A DNA stretch of 64,000 nucleotides from a phage, in sequence record NC_094493.1. One strand, written 5' to 3'. A program made the position numbers and the translations under genes. Shown one piece after another: positions 38,301 through 47,071 of the stretch; positions within the stretch are counted from its first letter, which is position 1; every line of letters begins with the position of its first letter. The notes below the pieces were generated by a model that saw only the letters and a program-made list of their open reading frames with translations, was not told the origin of the DNA and made no database searches.

Positions 38301-38717
38301 ATGACATTAGAAGATATCATTGTTAAACCTGAGAACTATGACCAATACAACCTGTCAACTCAATCTGTAGACCTCGGATGCGCCACAGTCAGTGCATGGC
38401 TGGTTAACGGAAAAGAGCTTGACGAGTGCCTAGAAGCACACATGTCGGTGAATAAATTTCTTGATGAAAATACCCACTGGCTAGAGGGTGCAGGAGTATA
38501 TGCTTCATGGTTGGAGAGTATGGGATTCGACTACCAATCTGAAGAGGGGTGGTGGAGCTATTTAGCTATCTGCCCAGAGACGCTGCAATGCTTCATGAAA
38601 TATTCTGAAGATTTGGAGTACCGGGCGGTGGTTGATAGTGCCATTGCCCGTTATAGCCGTAAACCTTTTTCCCACGACATTAAAACTGTGGAAGAATTTG
38701 TTGAAGTTTTCTGTTGA
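38301..38717 (+). CDS. hypothetical protein (138 aa)
   Basis: ATG after AAGGAGA RBS. Confidence 0.55.
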   Translation: MTLEDIIVKPENYDQYNLSTQSVDLGCATVSAWLVNGKELDECLEAHMSVNKFLDENTHWLEGAGVYASWLESMGFDYQSEEGWWSYLAICPETLQCFMKYSEDLEYRAVVDSAIARYSRKPFSHDIKTVEEFVEVFC

Positions 38718-38813
38718 CACAGGTTGAAAGGTGTGCAATTATAACTTCATATAACGGGAGGACGCGATGAACGAAGAAAACTGGGATGTATAACTAACAG
38801 GAGGCCACTGCCC

Positions 38814-39011
38814 ATGATTTATCGAATCCGTGTAAGAGAAGATGCACCAGGCTGTTACTTTGACTGGCGTGGGTGGTGGTTTCTCCACCCAATGGATGGA
38901 CTCACAGATAGAATGCTGGATGCTGCCCTTTACACAGATACCGACATAGAATATAATCTCTATCTGAAGGACGGTATAGATAACGGCCTGTTTGAAGCAA
39001 TTCCTGTGTAA
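38814..39011 (+). CDS. hypothetical protein (65 aa)
   Basis: ATG after CAGGAGG RBS. Confidence 0.5.
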   Translation: MIYRIRVREDAPGCYFDWRGWWFLHPMDGLTDRMLDAALYTDTDIEYNLYLKDGIDNGLFEAIPV

Positions 39012-39079
39012 GAGACTGTGATAACTATGTTTTATGATCTTCCTGTAGCGCCACCACCTGTTGAACCCGGAGAACTAAG

Positions 39080-39505
39080 ATGATTTATGAAATGCCAAAA
39101 CTGATTCGTGACGATGCCCAAAACGCTCACACCATTATTATGGGCAAACGCATGGATATTATTTGTCATAAAGATTTCTGGGAAGGAAGTTACTTCACAG
39201 AGTATTTTGGTAAACTGGACAATGGTCTGCTGATCCAGTTCTACACCGATGCGGAAAACAATATCTGCTGGGAGTTCGAAACTGAAGATATCCATAAACT
39301 TTTCACCTTCCTCGGTATTAAGGTTGAGGCCAAGTTTGAAGAAGGTGAGTGCGACGATTGTGGATTCTACGAGGTAACAGATTTCTACCTCCCGAGCGGT
39401 GAGAACCTTTACTATGAAAGCCACTTCGGTAACTCCAATATGCCACAGTGCTGGACTGAGTTTTTTGAAATTGCGGAAGAGGAGCTGGCATACCGTGATT
39501 ATTGA
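39080..39505 (+). CDS. hypothetical acidic protein (141 aa)
   Basis: ATG after CGGAGA RBS. Confidence 0.5.
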   Translation: MIYEMPKLIRDDAQNAHTIIMGKRMDIICHKDFWEGSYFTEYFGKLDNGLLIQFYTDAENNICWEFETEDIHKLFTFLGIKVEAKFEEGECDDCGFYEVTDFYLPSGENLYYESHFGNSNMPQCWTEFFEIAEEELAYRDY

Positions 39506-39953
39506 TACTGTAGGGGGAGATCTAATCTCTCTTTTCAAGAAAGGGTCGGGCCACATGATCCACGGTTGTAACTGCTTTCACACAATGGGTGCAGGCATAG
39601 CGAAAGACATTGCCCGTGAGTTCCCTCAAGCACTGGCAGCCGACAAAGAGACTGCTTATGGTAATCTAGACAAGCTGGGTATGTTTTCTTGTTGGGAGCA
39701 TTTTGCCAAGAACAGGGTCGTATATGGAATCAACCTGTATACCCAGTTCTACCCAGGGCCCAATGCTGAATACTTCTCAATCATGAAAGGTTTTGAGCGA
39801 GTCAACGAGGTATTCAAAGGTGTGTCATTGCCGTTCTACATTCCTAAAATCGGATGCGGTATTGGCGGTCTAAAGTGGGAACATGTAGAAGATGTAATTA
39901 ATCTTGCAACCACAGATATTGATGTGGTTGTAGTAGAGTACAAAAAGTGTTGA
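39495..39953 (+). CDS. macro-domain protein (putative ADP-ribose binding/hydrolase)
   Basis: HGCNCFHTMGAGIAKDIA (like the macro-domain N..N...G.GVA motif) and IPKIGCGIGGL (like G.GI.G) at the expected spacing; start ambiguous (GTG 39495 overlapping upstream stop, or ATG 39555). Confidence 0.6.
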   Translation: MIIDTVGGDLISLFKKGSGHMIHGCNCFHTMGAGIAKDIAREFPQALAADKETAYGNLDKLGMFSCWEHFAKNRVVYGINLYTQFYPGPNAEYFSIMKGFERVNEVFKGVSLPFYIPKIGCGIGGLKWEHVEDVINLATTDIDVVVVEYKKC

Positions 39954-39978
39954 CGACCATCTTCTGAGGTGATATAGT
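39950..39978 (+). promoter_or_regulatory. sigma70-type promoter
   Basis: TTGACG, 17-nt spacer, TATAGT, followed by a TCTCCACA...TGTGGAGA hairpin. Confidence 0.5.
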
Positions 39979-40204
39979 CTCCACAACAACTAAGAGAGGA
40001 GAGCACTGTGGAGACTAAAATCTTAATTCTTGCTGTGGTAGATACAACCGAAGGAGCTATATTCGAATCTGCAGGAGGGTATTTCTACCTACCATACGGA
40101 AAAAGAACTTCCGAGCCAAGTAAAGATTCAATCCGCAAAGTGTTCCCGTGTGCTTTCTGGCTGGAGATTTTGGTATAAGATTGCAGAGGATTTGGGAGAG
40201 AATT

Positions 40205-40399
40205 ATGAGAAACAAGAAAGAGCTTTACTCTGGTGAGTGGATCAACGATCAACAGGTGGGAGAGGTAACCTGCTTCCGATGTTTTACCAGGTACAATCTT
40301 AAAACTGCACCAAAAAGTGTTCCAAAGACTGATGGTTATTACATAAAAGAACCTTATTGCCCAAAATGTAAATGCCGATTATACTGGAGTAACCTGTAA
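40205..40399 (+). CDS. small zinc-ribbon protein
   Basis: ATG after GGGAGAG RBS; CxxC...CxxC (CFRCF...CPKCKC); ORF-track start 40148 trimmed. Confidence 0.5.
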   Translation: MRNKKELYSGEWINDQQVGEVTCFRCFTRYNLKTAPKSVPKTDGYYIKEPYCPKCKCRLYWSNL

Positions 40400-40403
40400 A
40401 AGA

Positions 40404-40431
40404 TTGACATCTGAAAACTGCAGTGTATAAT
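40404..40431 (+). promoter_or_regulatory. consensus sigma70 promoter
   Basis: TTGACA, 16-nt spacer, TATAAT (both hexamers consensus) upstream of the ATG at 40463. Confidence 0.65.
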
Positions 40432-40462
40432 ATATGCATAAACTAACAGAGAGTGATGTATT

Positions 40463-40654
40463 ATGGTAATTTTTAACCGGGATGGTATCATAGTTAGACA
40501 GCACCCGTTCCTTGAATACTATCAAATTGAGCAATGGTGCTACGGGGATTGCAGTCACTCCTATGGGCAAAGTTGGGGATATCGTACAGTTTTTGAATCC
40601 ACAGACCTTGACAAAGTAAGACAGAAAGTTTTAGAACTTATTAACAACAAGTGA
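40463..40654 (+). CDS. hypothetical protein (63 aa)
   Basis: ATG after GAGAG; downstream of the consensus promoter. Confidence 0.5.
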   Translation: MVIFNRDGIIVRQHPFLEYYQIEQWCYGDCSHSYGQSWGYRTVFESTDLDKVRQKVLELINNK

Positions 40655-40661
40655 GTATGAT

Positions 40662-40994
40662 ATGGTAACATTAGAAAGACGTAAAGCTATCGCCGCCACA
40701 CTGGCAGACATCTTTTGGGAGTGCAATTTAAAAGATACTAGATATTGTGGCGCATCTGTAGATGCATTGTTCCCACGGCCTACTATTGTTGCAATGGGCA
40801 ACCTGCTCGATGTGGTATATGGAGCATGGGACAAGGAAGGTGGATTCTATATCTGGCAACCTGACTACGGGACTTGGAAAGAGGTTAGTGGTTCTTCGGA
40901 CTTCACTCCTGCAGTGGCTAAAATGGATGGCTGGAAAATCTATGTCGGTAACGACATGGAACTGAAAGGCGAAATTGTTTACTGGTTACCTTAA
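40662..40994 (+). CDS. hypothetical protein (110 aa)
   Basis: Co-oriented ORF. Confidence 0.5.
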   Translation: MVTLERRKAIAATLADIFWECNLKDTRYCGASVDALFPRPTIVAMGNLLDVVYGAWDKEGGFYIWQPDYGTWKEVSGSSDFTPAVAKMDGWKIYVGNDMELKGEIVYWLP

Positions 40995-41015
40995 GAAAGT
41001 CCAGGAGATAAAGTT

Positions 41016-41261
41016 ATGAACAAAGGGTGGACATTTGTAGACGGCGTTAAAAACATGCCTCTAGGAAAGTATATTGTAGCCATGGCAGATGAGAATGGCA
41101 ATGTGGATTTCGGAGCTTGCGAGGTTGTTCTTGCAGGATCTGGTAACTATGTGGACAAAACCGGGATAATTAACGGTCAGTTCTACTTTGATCACAACCC
41201 TGTTGTAGCGTATATGGCTATGCCAGAGTTCAAGTTCCCAAAGGAGGGTGCAGATGTTTAA
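41016..41261 (+). CDS. hypothetical protein (81 aa)
   Basis: ATG after CAGGAGA RBS. Confidence 0.55.
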   Translation: MNKGWTFVDGVKNMPLGKYIVAMADENGNVDFGACEVVLAGSGNYVDKTGIINGQFYFDHNPVVAYMAMPEFKFPKEGADV

Positions 41262-41451
41262 GCTTAAATCTGCATGGAACATCGCTGTGGGGGACGAGAT
41301 CCGTATCCCAGGTGGAAAGACCATTATGAAGATATCTCGTATCGAGTACGAAGGTGATCGTGTATTTCATATCTTTGCAGAGGATGGTCGAGAAATTTAT
41401 ATACAGGCAGGCTCTCACATCTATATTCGTAAGAAAGGGGACGACAAATGA
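41248..41451 (+). CDS. hypothetical protein (67 aa)
   Basis: Overlaps upstream gene end; GGAGGG upstream. Confidence 0.45.
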   Translation: MQMFKLKSAWNIAVGDEIRIPGGKTIMKISRIEYEGDRVFHIFAEDGREIYIQAGSHIYIRKKGDDK

Positions 41452-41777
41452 CAGAGATCATCATTTCAACTGCAGGGTATGTGTTCCTGACAATCATTGC
41501 ACTGACCATTCTGGTGGTGGTATATGGAATTGTTATTCTCCCTATTCTTGAGACAATTAGTTTGTGTCGGTGTTGGAGAAAGGCTTACGGTCCACAGCCG
41601 TGGAAGGACTGGCCCCACCTGGTGCACATAGCGTTCTCTTATGCTTATGATCACGCCAGCAGTGCATGCATAACCGGGTATCACGCCCACAACTGGAGCT
41701 GGGAAGGGTTGAGGAAATGGAATGTTACAAAGACCATACCTCTGCGCATGTACAAACCTAAAAACAAAGACAGCTGA
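41448..41777 (+). CDS. hypothetical membrane protein
   Basis: 4-nt overlap with upstream gene; N-terminal hydrophobic helix IISTAGYVFLTIIALTILVVVYGIVILPIL. Confidence 0.5.
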   Translation: MTEIIISTAGYVFLTIIALTILVVVYGIVILPILETISLCRCWRKAYGPQPWKDWPHLVHIAFSYAYDHASSACITGYHAHNWSWEGLRKWNVTKTIPLRMYKPKNKDS

Positions 41778-42088
41778 TACTTGAAAATTCCTGGCATATC
41801 AAGTATAAGGGGGATTTCTAAAATGGATTTCCTCCTTTTGATATTTCACCGGGCCGGATATTTTAAAATTCTTAGAAAATCAGAAAATGGATCGAAAACT
41901 AAAATGGATTTTTCAGAGTAGGCGCGACAAGCTGAATAACTCATCCTATCGTTTGCACCATATTCCAGGCCACCATTATAGATTTCCCACACATGCTAAC
42001 CTCCCTCTACTAGAACTTCCTCCACTTACCCTTGACCTTCTATGGTAACAATCTAACCACTATCTTGAAGTTGCGGTGCAGCTTTCCA

Positions 42089-42270
42089 GGTACTCGATCT
42101 ACTTTTCATTTCAGGGCTTGGATTTTCTGAAAATTTTTCTCGATAAATTTCTCAGTACTCGATCTGTTTTTCGTTTTCTGAATCGGATTTTCTGGAAATC
42201 GTTCCGGCTCTCGACCTGAAATTTTTGGGGACGAAATCGATTTTTCGTTTTCAGAAATGGATTTTTAAAA
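42089..42270. repeat. iteron-like imperfect tandem repeats in a 1-kb non-coding gap
   Basis: GTACTCGATCT at 42089 and 42155; GGATTTTCTG(A/G)AAAT at 42118 and 42185; TTTTCGTTTTC at 42160 and 42243; AAATGGATTT four times between 41821 and 42266; unit about 66 nt. Confidence 0.5.
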
Positions 42271-42412
42271 TTTCTATATGGGAATATTTTAGTGGATACT
42301 ATTTTATAGGAAATTGTTACGGAGGGTAATTAGCGTGCTAATTAAATTTATTAAATGCGAGGAGTTCTCATTTAGAATTTTGAATGATAATCATTCTCGT
42401 TTGCAGAATAAC

Positions 42413-42436
42413 GGGCAGGCCCGGTGATTGTCTCCC
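42413..42436. repeat. 24-nt motif GGGCAGGCCCGGTGATTGTCTCCC (copy A)
   Basis: Direct variant CCGGTGGTTGTCTCCC at 42556; inverted 23/24 copy at 51506..51529. Confidence 0.5.
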
Positions 42437-42796
42437 GGCCCCTACTGCCCCGGCTTGTTATTATAGTAACACACAGGACAAAGAAAGCAAGAAGTTTTTG
42501 CATAAATTTTTAGACGATAATGATAATCGTTCTCATTTCATGCAGCGCCCATCCCCGGTGGTTGTCTCCCCCGTCACCGGTGCCTGCCGTCCTTTCGATA
42601 GGTATATTTTGCCACCTGGCGGGGCCGCTGTCAACACTTTTCAAAAAAAAAAAATTCTAACCTGATGCGCTGACCGCTGCAACCTGGCGGGGCCAGCCTG
42701 GCAGGGCCTAACTGACCAGGTAGGAGAGAATGAAGGCTTGCAAACCTGGTGGGCCTATGCTATAGGATAGGTAACAATTGAAGAGGAGGTACAAAA

Positions 42797-42973
42797 ATGG
42801 AAGGTAATATGATCCCCCTGGAAAATGTAGCTATTAATGACGCTGAGGCTATCGCCCTGGTTGAAAAGGCTATGGCGGGAGCGTTGGAACATAAAGAAGA
42901 GTACGAAAAAATGATGGTTAACCTGGCAGGGGCGGCGGCTGGAGAATTCTACCCAAAAAATAATTTTAACTAA
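42797..42973 (+). CDS. hypothetical small protein (58 aa)
   Basis: ATG after GAGGAGG RBS; absent from the ORF track (under 60 aa). Confidence 0.5.
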   Translation: MEGNMIPLENVAINDAEAIALVEKAMAGALEHKEEYEKMMVNLAGAAAGEFYPKNNFN

Positions 42974-42976
42974 TGG

Positions 42977-43005
42977 TTGACAGCTCGGACAGTTCTTGTT
43001 ATTCT
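42977..43005 (+). promoter_or_regulatory. sigma70-type early promoter
   Basis: TTGACA, 17-nt spacer, TATTCT. Confidence 0.5.
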
Positions 43006-43058
43006 TATCCTCGCAAGGTGAACAACACCACACCAATTAACAGAGAGGATAAAAAATC

Positions 43059-43256
43059 ATGAACGCCTACGGAATTAAAGTACGTCGCAACACTCGCCAG
43101 GTGGTCACCAATCAAGTGATTTGCCGGGTGGATGTAACCATCAACAACGGGCAAGGCCTTTATAAATTTCGTCGCGGTCATAGCTATACCCTGCAACAGC
43201 TTAACCGTTGCGCCCTGACAAAAGGTCAGATCAACCACTGGTTTAATAAAAAATAA
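43059..43256 (+). CDS. hypothetical basic protein (65 aa)
   Basis: ATG after AGAGAGGA RBS; K/R-rich. Confidence 0.55.
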   Translation: MNAYGIKVRRNTRQVVTNQVICRVDVTINNGQGLYKFRRGHSYTLQQLNRCALTKGQINHWFNKK

Positions 43257-43258
43257 TG

Positions 43259-43287
43259 TTGACATATGGTCTGACACAAAATACACT
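43259..43287 (+). promoter_or_regulatory. sigma70-type early promoter
   Basis: TTGACA, 17-nt spacer, TACACT. Confidence 0.55.
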
Positions 43288-43319
43288 GAAATCGCAAAAG
43301 ACACTAAGAGGATAAAATC

Positions 43320-43718
43320 ATGAAAACCACTACCTTTAATTTTGATAATGCGGACTTTTCTTTTTCTGATGTCAAGAACTGCCGCCGTGATCGTGGATTT
43401 TACAAGTCTTATAATCTGGTGGGCCTGGACGATGACAATAATTTGCACGAAGTAGCTGAGATCCGGTATTATGCCGCCGCCAGTGGTAACACTCACTACT
43501 GCGTGTTTTGGATTCACGACAACAAGAACAATAAGTACGGTTATACTGGCGGCAAGGCGAGCGGTCACGGTTACGATAAAGCTAACGCAGCACTTGAGAG
43601 TGCATTAAATGCTATGGAGATCACTGCCGACGGCTGGATCTACGAAGAAGAGTTTTTGTCGGCACTTGCTGACCACCTGGGCTATAAAAAGCACATTGTG
43701 ACATGCGCCCACGAATAA
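43320..43718 (+). CDS. hypothetical protein (132 aa)
   Basis: ATG after AAGAGGA RBS. Confidence 0.6.
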   Translation: MKTTTFNFDNADFSFSDVKNCRRDRGFYKSYNLVGLDDDNNLHEVAEIRYYAAASGNTHYCVFWIHDNKNNKYGYTGGKASGHGYDKANAALESALNAMEITADGWIYEEEFLSALADHLGYKKHIVTCAHE

Positions 43719-43724
43719 AAATCA

Positions 43725-43752
43725 TTGACACGCTGCAAAATTTAAGTAAACT
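43725..43752 (+). promoter_or_regulatory. sigma70-type early promoter with 5'-UTR hairpin
   Basis: TTGACA, 16-nt spacer, TAAACT; then GGCGGGAAtgttTCCCGCC hairpin and AAAGGA RBS. Confidence 0.55.
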
Positions 43753-43800
43753 AGACACAAAAGGCGGGAATGTTTCCCGCCAGCACAAAGGAAAAAGATC

Positions 43801-44205
43801 ATGAATAAGAACGTACGCCGCATCATGAACGAACTGGCAAACGATGAAAAAATTATTGACATGCACTTAGTGAACATTTGCCGCCGTTGTGTAACCTATA
43901 ACAACCGCGCCGCAAAAGCGCGTGAGATGAACGCAAAAGGCACCTTAAAGCCCTTCCAGGTGGTGGTAAAGGCCATTAAAGATGTAGCTAATACGGCAAA
44001 CCAGGTACAGGGGAACACCAACGAGAGTACCAATATTGATCCGGCTTACATCATGAAACGGATCCGGACCTGCAAGAACAAAGAGCAAGTGTATAACGTC
44101 ATAGACTGGTTGGATTCCATGGGCGACGTGGTTTATAATAGGTTTTCTGCAGCCATTGAGATCCAGCTAGACAGGTTGGACGGGAAAGTACTAAAAACTT
44201 ATTGA
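43801..44205 (+). CDS. hypothetical protein (134 aa)
   Basis: ATG after AAAGGAAAAAG. Confidence 0.6.
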   Translation: MNKNVRRIMNELANDEKIIDMHLVNICRRCVTYNNRAAKAREMNAKGTLKPFQVVVKAIKDVANTANQVQGNTNESTNIDPAYIMKRIRTCKNKEQVYNVIDWLDSMGDVVYNRFSAAIEIQLDRLDGKVLKTY

Positions 44206-44206
44206 G

Positions 44207-44253
44207 TTTATTTTTAGATGGCCTTGACTCCAGGGCCATCGATAAAGTAAACT
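44207..44253 (+). promoter_or_regulatory. repeated palindrome-bearing promoter element, copy 1
   Basis: TTATTTTTAGATGGCCTTGACTCCAGGGCCATCGATAAAGTAAACT: GATGGCC/GGCCATC inverted repeat brackets TTGACT; TAAACT 18 nt downstream. Confidence 0.55.
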
Positions 44254-44285
44254 AATCTCAGTTAAGCGAAAAAGGGGGCTTTAAG

Positions 44286-44405
44286 ATGGGCACTACACGC
44301 CAATACACAAAGGTAACTATTATCGTCTGCGTTGTCGGTTACATCCTGGCGCAAATGTTAATGAGTAGCGCTAACAGTTTTGCAAAATTTTTCTTAAATT
44401 TTTAA
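44286..44405 (+). CDS. putative small membrane peptide (39 aa)
   Basis: ATG after AAAGGGGG RBS; hydrophobic core VTIIVCVVGYILAQ; downstream of repeat copy 1. Confidence 0.35.
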   Translation: MGTTRQYTKVTIIVCVVGYILAQMLMSSANSFAKFFLNF

Positions 44406-44433
44406 TTGACAAGCTAACTTAGATCGGTATACT
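44406..44433 (+). promoter_or_regulatory. sigma70-type early promoter with 5'-UTR hairpin
   Basis: TTGACA, 16-nt spacer, TATACT; then GGGAAAACTTCCC hairpin and AAGGAGAAAA RBS. Confidence 0.65.
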
Positions 44434-44484
44434 TAAACCCGTAAACGGGAAAACTTCCCAGAACACACAAAAGGAGAAAACACC

Positions 44485-44826
44485 ATGACCACTATGACCG
44501 CCGCAGAAAAAGCTATTCAGGTTGCCGCACTGAAAAAACAGATCGCAGACCTTGAGAACAAGATCGATACCTTTGAAATCGACGAGGACAAGTACGACGA
44601 AAACTATGATGAATGGTTAGACGAGATCTACGGCGAAATCATGATCGGAAACATTTCTTTTCTTCCGTCGCGTATCCTCAAGGAGCTAGATCCTATCGCT
44701 TACCGCTGCGGATTTAGCGACTACATCGACAGCCTGGATATTGAGGACGATGAAGAATACCAGGAATTACAGACAGAGTTAGAAGAAGCAAAAGAAGAGC
44801 TTGCGGAGCTGGAAGAAAACGAGTAA
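44485..44826 (+). CDS. hypothetical acidic coiled-coil protein (113 aa)
   Basis: ATG after AAAGGAGAAAA; E/D-rich. Confidence 0.6.
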   Translation: MTTMTAAEKAIQVAALKKQIADLENKIDTFEIDEDKYDENYDEWLDEIYGEIMIGNISFLPSRILKELDPIAYRCGFSDYIDSLDIEDDEEYQELQTELEEAKEELAELEENE

Positions 44827-44828
44827 GA

Positions 44829-44875
44829 TTATTTTTAGATGGCCTTGACTCCAGGGCCATCAATAAAGTAAACTT
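44829..44875 (+). promoter_or_regulatory. repeated palindrome-bearing promoter element, copy 2
   Basis: Near-identical to copy 1 (ATTATTTTTAGATGGCCTTGACTCCAGGGCCATCAATAAAGTAAACT). Confidence 0.55.
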
Positions 44876-44915
44876 TATACTGTTAACACTGAACTAATGC
44901 ATAGGAGTTAAAACC

Positions 44916-45161
44916 ATGGCAGCACTAATCACCAAATATTATGCCCCTACCAACACCAAAAGCGCCCGTATCATGGTAAAAGGCTTCGGACGTAAAAAGG
45001 TTTACACCTGGGATTATGCCTTAGACACGGAAGACAACTACACCAACGCGATGACAGATTTTATTAATGAGCTGAACACGCGGATCTTGACAAATTATAA
45101 AATTACCGATATTGCCTATATAGGGGAAGGCGGGATCTGTTTTGTCGGTATCGTCAAATAA
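44916..45161 (+). CDS. hypothetical protein (81 aa)
   Basis: ATG after TAGGAG RBS. Confidence 0.55.
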   Translation: MAALITKYYAPTNTKSARIMVKGFGRKKVYTWDYALDTEDNYTNAMTDFINELNTRILTNYKITDIAYIGEGGICFVGIVK

Positions 45162-45165
45162 ACTG

Positions 45166-45212
45166 TTTTTTCGGTGGTCCTGGTAGCAGGGCCATCTATA
45201 AAGATAGTTTAT
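45166..45212 (+). promoter_or_regulatory. degenerate copy of the palindrome-bearing element
   Basis: GGTGGTCCTGGTAGCAGGGCCATCTATAAAGATAGTTTATC shares the GGGCCATC(G/T)ATAAAG core. Confidence 0.35.
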
Positions 45213-45236
45213 CAATACAATGAAAGGAGAAAGTAC

Positions 45237-45590
45237 ATGATCAGCGGGGCAAGTTTTATTATTGGCGCTATTGCTACGGCTTTAATTGTAAACAAGATCC
45301 AATCTAAAAATGAAAAAGAGAGCAACGCGCTCACAGAATACCCATTTTGGGTATTCAACGACAATGAAGACTACATTATCAAGTACAAGAATGAGAAGGG
45401 CGACCAGGTAACACCGCGACCGATCCCAGCTTACAAGATGCAAGAAACACTATACCGCCTAAAGGCTGGAGGCGCAAAAATCGTAGACTTTTGGGGATAT
45501 GATTGCAAGGATCAGGAGGTTATAAAGCGCCGTATCCGGGCTATTCAGGCCAATATTGAAGTTAGCAAGGGGGGAATATATGAAGATTAA
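45237..45590 (+). CDS. hypothetical protein with N-terminal transmembrane helix
   Basis: ATG after AAAGGAGA RBS; ISGASFIIGAIATALIVN hydrophobic N-terminus. Confidence 0.55.
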   Translation: MISGASFIIGAIATALIVNKIQSKNEKESNALTEYPFWVFNDNEDYIIKYKNEKGDQVTPRPIPAYKMQETLYRLKAGGAKIVDFWGYDCKDQEVIKRRIRAIQANIEVSKGGIYED

Positions 45591-45777
45591 TTTTGAGAAG
45601 ATTGTAAAGCGATCTCATGATTCCAAAGAGCTGCCGGAACGACGCCAGCGCAACAATAAACTGAATAAGCCAAAAAGATTTGGGAAGATCTGGCGGAATC
45701 ATTATGATCGTAAATTGCCGGGCCTACTTTTGGAACGTGAACGACAGGCGGAACGATACCGCCACAAAGGCAAATAA
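45580..45777 (+). CDS. hypothetical basic protein
   Basis: ATG after AAGGGGGG; K/R-rich; overlaps upstream stop. Confidence 0.45.
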   Translation: MKINFEKIVKRSHDSKELPERRQRNNKLNKPKRFGKIWRNHYDRKLPGLLLERERQAERYRHKGK

Positions 45778-45785
45778 CAACCAAC

Positions 45786-45812
45786 GCCCCGCCATTGTGC
45801 GGGGCTTTTTTA
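45786..45812 (+). terminator. intrinsic terminator
   Basis: GCCCCGCcattgtGCGGGGC followed by TTTTTTATTT. Confidence 0.7.
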
Positions 45813-45959
45813 TTTCTATCCTACGAATAGCGCCCCTGGTTGGCCCTGTAAACGCCATAAAAGCCCCTACCTATGCAATCCCCTTTCTTAACCTGAAAAC
45901 AGCGTCTAGGGCCGTTTTATGGCGTTAAAAATGTTATTGACAGTGATTTTATTTAAAGC

Positions 45960-45988
45960 TTGACACCTTGGAATAGTCCGGATATACT
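45960..45988 (+). promoter_or_regulatory. sigma70-type early promoter
   Basis: TTGACA, 17-nt spacer, TATACT; second TTGACA 23 nt upstream. Confidence 0.65.
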
Positions 45989-46023
45989 GACCACATCAAA
46001 GCAAGAAGGAAGGAGTAAACGCC

Positions 46024-46284
46024 ATGCGTAAATTGAAAAATTTTGATAAGGTAGATGTAGTACTGAATAATTTTTACTACTGCAATAATAAAGCCGTTTG
46101 GTGGCGTGATAGTTCCACCGATAAAGTTAAGGCGCGCTTTCTCCAAGGGCACTGGCAAGGCCGTCCAGTGATTAAAATCATGGGGCAATTGGTAGCGTTT
46201 AAAAATTGCCGCCGTGTTGATGACGTTGAAGAGATTTTAAGCATTTTGCGCCACAATAATTTAAAAAATAGTGTTGACAAGTAA
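46024..46284 (+). CDS. hypothetical protein (86 aa)
   Basis: ATG after GAAGGAAGGAG RBS. Confidence 0.6.
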   Translation: MRKLKNFDKVDVVLNNFYYCNNKAVWWRDSSTDKVKARFLQGHWQGRPVIKIMGQLVAFKNCRRVDDVEEILSILRHNNLKNSVDK

Positions 46285-46301
46285 ATCTCGATAAGTATAC
46301 T
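46274..46301 (+). promoter_or_regulatory. sigma70-type early promoter with 5'-UTR hairpin
   Basis: TTGACA, 16-nt spacer, TATACT; then GGCGGGAAAACTTCCCGCC hairpin. Confidence 0.65.
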
Positions 46302-46358
46302 TAAACACACAGGCGGGAAAACTTCCCGCCACTAACAAAGAAAATAGGAGAAAATATC

Positions 46359-46982
46359 ATGACCACCGTTAACATTACCACAGGTTACAATTTATCTTTC
46401 GACGTGCTGACCGATGAACAAAAAGAAAAAGCTATTGAAATGGTCCGCGAAAGAGAAGAACACAGCGGGGATAACTTTTTTGCAGAAAGTGTAATTGAAG
46501 ACTATAAAGAACATATCTTTCCAGAGTATGGCCTTGAAGATACCAAGGTACATTGGTCCGGCTTTTGGTGCCAGGGCGACGGCGCGTCAATCAGTGCGGA
46601 AAACGTGGATTTAGAAAAATTCTTGCGTAAAGTCAAGTCTCTGACTAAATTCCGCTCAATTCGTCACTTGTTCGGCACAATGCACGATGGCGAGCTATCC
46701 GCAAGTGTTGAGCGTGATCCATATAGCCGCTATAGTCACGAAAACACTGTAAGCGGGTACATCGATACTACATGGCTAGACCTGACAGCCAAGCAAGAAA
46801 GTAAGGTTGAAGAGCTGGAAGAGCTGATCACCGAGACGGTACGGGAGCTATCCCGCAAGGTTTATGTAGACCTGGAGGAGGCCTATCTTGAACAGTTTAC
46901 TACCGAAAACCTGATCGGCCTTATTGAAGCCAATGATTGGCGGTTTAATGTGGATGAATATGGGGAGATGAGTTTTTCATAA
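46359..46982 (+). CDS. hypothetical protein (207 aa)
   Basis: ATG after ATAGGAGAAAA RBS; largest early-region ORF. Confidence 0.65.
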   Translation: MTTVNITTGYNLSFDVLTDEQKEKAIEMVREREEHSGDNFFAESVIEDYKEHIFPEYGLEDTKVHWSGFWCQGDGASISAENVDLEKFLRKVKSLTKFRSIRHLFGTMHDGELSASVERDPYSRYSHENTVSGYIDTTWLDLTAKQESKVEELEELITETVRELSRKVYVDLEEAYLEQFTTENLIGLIEANDWRFNVDEYGEMSFS

Positions 46983-46990
46983 ATAAAGTG

Positions 46991-47018
46991 TTGCAATAAT
47001 CTAAAAACCTGCTATATT
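46991..47018 (+). promoter_or_regulatory. sigma70-type early promoter with 5'-UTR hairpin
   Basis: TTGCAA, 16-nt spacer, TATATT; then GGGGCgagatgacttGCCCC hairpin. Confidence 0.55.
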
Positions 47019-47071
47019 AAAACTCAAGGGGCGAGATGACTTGCCCCACACAAAACAAAGAGGAAAACATC

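Noticed and set aside
42643-42654. A12 homopolymer as a programmed frameshift or slippery site
   Set aside because: It lies in non-coding sequence, not within an ORF; more likely part of an AT-rich origin or regulatory region.
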